From the NCBI GenBank assembly GCA_963555985.3, contig OY820591.1, positions 2,144,001 to 2,208,000 on the forward strand: 64,000 nt of DNA. Reading direction: 5' to 3'. Of this stretch, positions 59,988 through 64,000 are shown piece by piece; the first letter of the stretch is position 1, and every line of letters begins with the position of its first letter. This stretch comes from Dehalococcoidia bacterium (lineage in GTDB: Bacteria; Chloroflexota; Dehalococcoidia; Bin125). Below the pieces are notes generated by a model that saw nothing but the letters and a program-made list of their open reading frames with translations, ran no database searches and had not been told where the DNA came from. Position numbers and translations under genes: made by a program.

Positions 59988-61226
59988 ATGCTGTCGCCCT
60001 ATCGAGTGCTTGATTTATCCGACGAACGGGGAATGTTGACCGGCCAAATCCTGGCCGATCTGGGAGCCGATGTCATTGCGGTTGAACCGCCGAACGGGTC
60101 CTCGGCACGATCGGTGGGGCCCTTCGCTGGTGACGATCCCAAGCCAGACCGCTCGCTCTACTGGTGGGCCTACGCCCGCAACAAGCGCGGCATCACCTGC
60201 AACCTCGATCACTCCGACGGCCAGGCTCTCATTCGCCAACTTGCGGCGACAGCCGACTTCGTGATCGAATCCGCCGATCCCGGCGCGATGGCCGCGCGCG
60301 GACTGGGCTACGACGACCTGGCCGCCGATCACGACGACCTGATCTACACCTCGATCTCCGCATTCGGCCAAACCGGACCAAAAGCCACCTATCAAGCCAC
60401 CGATCTCATCCTGATGGCCGCTGGCGGCCCGCTAATTCTCTCGGGCGGTGCCGGCGAAGCGCCCGTTCGCGTCTCCGTGCCGCAGGCCTGGAGCCACGCT
60501 TGCGGCGAAGCCGCGATCGCGACGATGGTCGCCCTGCGCGCGCGCAGCCAGATCGGACGCGGGCAGCACATCGATATCTCCGCCCAGCAATCAGTGGCCG
60601 CCGCGACGATGTCGGCCAATCTCGCCGCCTCGATCGGCGCCAGCGAGACAGCACGTGTCGCCGGCGGCATGGCCGTCGGTCCGTTCACGGGCAAGCTGAT
60701 CTGGGAGGCCGCCGATGGCTACATCTCCCTGACCTTCCTCTTCGGCTCCGGCATCGGGCCGTTCTCACGACGCTTGTTTGAGTGGATGTACGAAGAGGAC
60801 GAGTGTACGCAGGACGACCGTGACCTGGACTGGATCGGCCTGGGCGCGGAGTTCATTACCGGAGCGCGACCGCTCTCGGAATGGGATCGGCTGATGGACG
60901 TGGTCGGTGAGTTCTTGCGCAAGCGCACCCGCGCCGAACTGTTCGAGCAGGCGCAGGCTCGCTCGCTCCTGATCGTGCCGGTCACCACTGTCGACGAAGT
61001 CGCCGACTCCGAGCAGTTTGAGGCGCGCGAGTTCTGGCGCGAGCATGAGATGCCCGGCTGGCCTGAGTCGGTGCGATTCCCCGGACCCTTCGTCAAGCTC
61101 TCTAACCACCCGATCGAATACCGCCGCCGCGCGCCGTCGCTCGGCGAGCATAACGCCGAGGTCTACGGCGAACTCGGACTCAACGCCGACGCGCTCAACG
61201 ACCTCCGAGAACGAGGGGTGATCTGA
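59988..61226 (+). CDS. CoA-transferase family III subunit (no obvious catalytic Asp)
   Basis: LADLGADVIAVEPP, ARNKRG, APSLGEHN. Confidence 0.92.
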   Translation: MLSPYRVLDLSDERGMLTGQILADLGADVIAVEPPNGSSARSVGPFAGDDPKPDRSLYWWAYARNKRGITCNLDHSDGQALIRQLAATADFVIESADPGAMAARGLGYDDLAADHDDLIYTSISAFGQTGPKATYQATDLILMAAGGPLILSGGAGEAPVRVSVPQAWSHACGEAAIATMVALRARSQIGRGQHIDISAQQSVAAATMSANLAASIGASETARVAGGMAVGPFTGKLIWEAADGYISLTFLFGSGIGPFSRRLFEWMYEEDECTQDDRDLDWIGLGAEFITGARPLSEWDRLMDVVGEFLRKRTRAELFEQAQARSLLIVPVTTVDEVADSEQFEAREFWREHEMPGWPESVRFPGPFVKLSNHPIEYRRRAPSLGEHNAEVYGELGLNADALNDLRERGVI

Positions 61227-62474
61227 ATGACCACGACACTCCCGAACGTCCCTGCCGTTCCGACAGAAGGCGCACTCGCGGGCCTGAAGGTGCTGGACCT
61301 GATGTGGGTCGTTGCAGGTCCCACTGCGACTCGCGCGATGGCCGACTTTGGCGCGACCGTCGTGCGGATCGAGTCCGCCAACCGGATCGAGACGGCGCGC
61401 GGGATCGGGCCGTACCACAACAACGGGCAGGGTCCGGATCACTCCGGGCTGTTCGGCAACATGAACGCGAACAAGCTCGGTCTATCGCTCAACCTCGGTA
61501 CTCAAGAAGCGCGCGATGTCTTGCTGGATCTCATCAAGTGGTGCGACGTCCTCACAGAGTCGTTCTCGCCCCGCGCGATGCGCGCTTGGGGAATGGACTA
61601 TGACGCTCTGCGTGAGATCAGGCCTGACCTGATCATGCTCTCGACCTGCCTCTTCGGGCAGGCGGGGCCGCTCTCGCGGGTAGCCGGCTTTGGCACGATG
61701 GGAGCGGCGATCGGCGGTTACATTGCGCTCGCCGGCAACCCCGGCGGCGCGCCGATCGGGCCCTATTCCGCCTACACCGACTACCTCTCACCCCGCTTCG
61801 CGCTGCCCACGATCTTGGCTGCGCTCGATCATCGGGATCGCACCGGCGAGGGCGTCTACATCGACCAGGCGCAGGCCGAGTCGTCGCTGCACTTCATGAG
61901 CACAGCGCTGCTCGATTACACGATCAACGGGCGCGTCCCGCAGCTGGTCGCCAACGCCGATCCGGTGATGGCTCCGCATGGCTGCTACCGAACCGATGGC
62001 GACGACGATTGGGTCGCGATTGCGGTACGCGACGATCACGACTGGGCCAACCTCTGCGCCGCGATGGGGCAAGGCGAACTCACCTGCGATGATCGCTTCG
62101 CCGACCTGGATGCGCGTAAGGCGAATGAAGATGAGCTCAACGGCATCGTCGCGGAGTGGACATCCACACACGGTGCGATCGAGATTGAGTACATGCTGCA
62201 AGCGTTCGGTGTGCCCGCTCACGCCGTCTCGAACAGCTCCGCGGCCGTCGCGGATCCGCAGTTGCAGCACCGAGGCCACTTCATCGCGATCGAGCATCCC
62301 GAGCACGGCGCAACGACGATCGAGGCGGCGAAGGGGCGGATGTCCGAGACTCCGCCCAGCTACCGCTCGGCGGCGCCCTCGATCGGGCGGGATAACGATC
62401 TCGTGCTGAGAGAGATCCTCGGTTACGACGACGAACGCATCGCCGAACTGGTCATCGCCGACGCGCTGACCTAG
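61227..62474 (+). CDS. CoA-transferase family III subunit (Asp present)
   Basis: VLDLMWVVAGP, NANKLG, AYTDYL. Confidence 0.92.
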   Translation: MTTTLPNVPAVPTEGALAGLKVLDLMWVVAGPTATRAMADFGATVVRIESANRIETARGIGPYHNNGQGPDHSGLFGNMNANKLGLSLNLGTQEARDVLLDLIKWCDVLTESFSPRAMRAWGMDYDALREIRPDLIMLSTCLFGQAGPLSRVAGFGTMGAAIGGYIALAGNPGGAPIGPYSAYTDYLSPRFALPTILAALDHRDRTGEGVYIDQAQAESSLHFMSTALLDYTINGRVPQLVANADPVMAPHGCYRTDGDDDWVAIAVRDDHDWANLCAAMGQGELTCDDRFADLDARKANEDELNGIVAEWTSTHGAIEIEYMLQAFGVPAHAVSNSSAAVADPQLQHRGHFIAIEHPEHGATTIEAAKGRMSETPPSYRSAAPSIGRDNDLVLREILGYDDERIAELVIADALT

Positions 62475-62476
62475 CG

Positions 62477-62911
62477 CTAGAGATAATGCCGTAGCAGCGG
62501 CGTGAATCCGGCCCGCGCAAACTCTTGGTCGGCAGTCAGGATGCTGGTAATGCCATACTCCCGCATCACCTGGATGGCGACGCAATCTTGTAGGGAGAAG
62601 CTGGAGTCGGCGAATTCGCCGGCGTAGAGATCGAGCGCCACGGTCATGAGTTGCGGACTCTCCGCGATCACGGTGTAGCGATCCTCCGTGGCAAGCGCCT
62701 GGAGCCGAACCGCAATACGTGTGCGGATTTGAGGCTTGGAGCGAGAGTAGCGCGCCAACGTTTCGGCGAAGATGCCATACGTAGTCAGATATTGCTGACT
62801 CGGCCGAATGTCGGCGGCGGCGCGCAGAGCCGGAATGCGCCGCTGGTCTTCAACTCTGTTGATTGCGATGTAGTAGACGCTGTCAACGAAGATGGGAGAC
62901 GGAGCATCCAT
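62477..62911 (-). CDS. PIN-domain (VapC-like) toxin
   Basis: FVDSVYYIA, FAET, SLQDC, LTADQEF; paralog of 18852-19277. Confidence 0.88.
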   Translation of the reverse strand: MDAPSPIFVDSVYYIAINRVEDQRRIPALRAAADIRPSQQYLTTYGIFAETLARYSRSKPQIRTRIAVRLQALATEDRYTVIAESPQLMTVALDLYAGEFADSSFSLQDCVAIQVMREYGITSILTADQEFARAGFTPLLRHYL

Positions 62912-63127
62912 CAGCACTCAGGCATCCCAAACTTGCGCCTGAGAAATCTGTCAATCTCCTCCTTGGCGTCGCCCAACTCCTCCTCGTCCGTAACGACCTG
63001 GAGGCTCAAGTAGCGCTTCCTGAGCCGAAGGCGCGTCGGGCGGCAGCGGCTTGAGCGGCACATACCAGCTTGGACGCCGGCGCGCTTGATCGGCGTCTAC
63101 GCCATTCTGGGGCGGTTCGTCAGTCAT
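62911..63127 (-). pseudogene. Putative antitoxin split by a frameshift near 63030
   Basis: SD GGAG plus ATG 63127 in one frame; C-terminal EEIDRFLRRKFGMPEC with TGATG coupling to the PIN gene in another frame. Confidence 0.5.
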
Positions 63128-63300
63128 CGACGGCTCCGGTTCGATCCTAGGGCCTGTTTACACAACCACGAGCGCGGTCGGCCCGCACGAGCGCTGGTCT
63201 CGAGGCTGAGCCTCGGCGCTCCCGTCCCCGCCCTCCGCAACCGAGCCGAAACCGGGTATGCTCAGAACATATACGCGCACGAATCCAATGGGAGACCGCT

Positions 63301-63531
63301 GTGTCCCACAAACGACTCGCTCCAAACCTGAACAGTGCTGGACATGCCCGGATTCTCCTGGAAAAAATCTGCCCGAATCGAGATCAATCCGGACAGATCT
63401 GGACAAATCTGGACAAATCCAGACCCTCGAACGCACGATCCTCAGCGCTCGCCAGGAGATCCGCTCAATTCCTCCGAAATTCTCCCGCCAAACAGCGCCG
63501 ACGCACTTCGCGCAGTCTGAACAGGTCCTAG
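63301..63531 (+). other. Small ORF or remnant with 10-bp periodic ATC/GGAC array
   Basis: -10 TATGCT at 63257, AGAACATAT half box, SD GGAGA, GTG start; SGQIWT peptide. Confidence 0.35.
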
Positions 63532-63607
63532 CCTGCTGACGATGTGCGCGGTGATTGGGTAGCCTCTGCGGGCGAAGGTTGGCGTGTCAACTGGAGAGAG
63601 GTGTCCC

Positions 63608-64000
63608 ATGGCAGGACGACTGGACGGCAAGGTTGCGGTGATCACCGGAGCCGGCTCGGGGATGGGTCGCGCGACGGCGGAACTGTTCGCCGAGGAAGGC
63701 GCGCGGGTGGTGATCGTCGACCGCTGGGCCGAGCGCGCCGAGGATGCGGCCGCAGGCATCGGTTCGGAGGCCATCGCCGTCACTGCCGACGTCGCCAATG
63801 GTGAGGACGTCCAGTCCATGTATGCCGCCGCCGTGAGTCACTTCGGCGGGGTCAACGTGATCTACAACAACGCCGGCATTGGCGGGCGCGAGGACAACAT
63901 CCGCGATTGTCCTGAAGAAGTGTTCGACGAGATCATGTCGATCAACCTGCGCGGCGTCTGGCTGGGGATGAAGTACGGCATTCCCCACTTGGAGCGCGCC
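63608..64000 (+). CDS. SDR family oxidoreductase, 3'-truncated by window edge
   Basis: MAGRLDGKVAVITGAGSGMG, NNAG, INLRG. Confidence 0.93.
   Translation, partial: MAGRLDGKVAVITGAGSGMGRATAELFAEEGARVVIVDRWAERAEDAAAGIGSEAIAVTADVANGEDVQSMYAAAVSHFGGVNVIYNNAGIGGREDNIRDCPEEVFDEIMSINLRGVWLGMKYGIPHLERA

Overview
A GC-rich, gene-dense chromosomal window. The gene content points by inference to a heterotrophic Chloroflexota/Dehalococcoidia (SAR202-like) organism. It includes 9 family III CoA-transferase genes, a luciferase-like monooxygenase, an amidohydrolase, an enolase-superfamily dehydratase, several alpha/beta hydrolases and 2 MFS transporters. Housekeeping genes are pepN, pepP, a DPP-IV, coaE, tag, cimA, katG, a split purine-ring closure (AICAR transformylase plus a separate IMP cyclohydrolase) and tRNA-Pro(CGG). 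There are five toxin-antitoxin loci, two of them apparently damaged. No transposase, integrase, CRISPR array or rRNA is present. The most unusual signals are at DNA level. (1) Four dispersed loci each pair a LexA/SOS-like GAAC-N4-GTAC box (two exact, two degenerate) with an ORF carrying strictly 10-bp-periodic motif runs; the longest is an HTH gene at 42.2-43.1 kb. (2) A nested repeat system in which ~150-bp MITE-like elements insert into REP hairpin loops, with 4-bp target duplications in two copies, and themselves carry REP doublets. Also noted: a J-domain/flavin-reductase fusion bracketed by direct repeats, an orphan PycTM-like membrane protein, a candidate structured ncRNA and a candidate cimA leader peptide. 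All family calls come from motif recognition by eye; no database searches were run.
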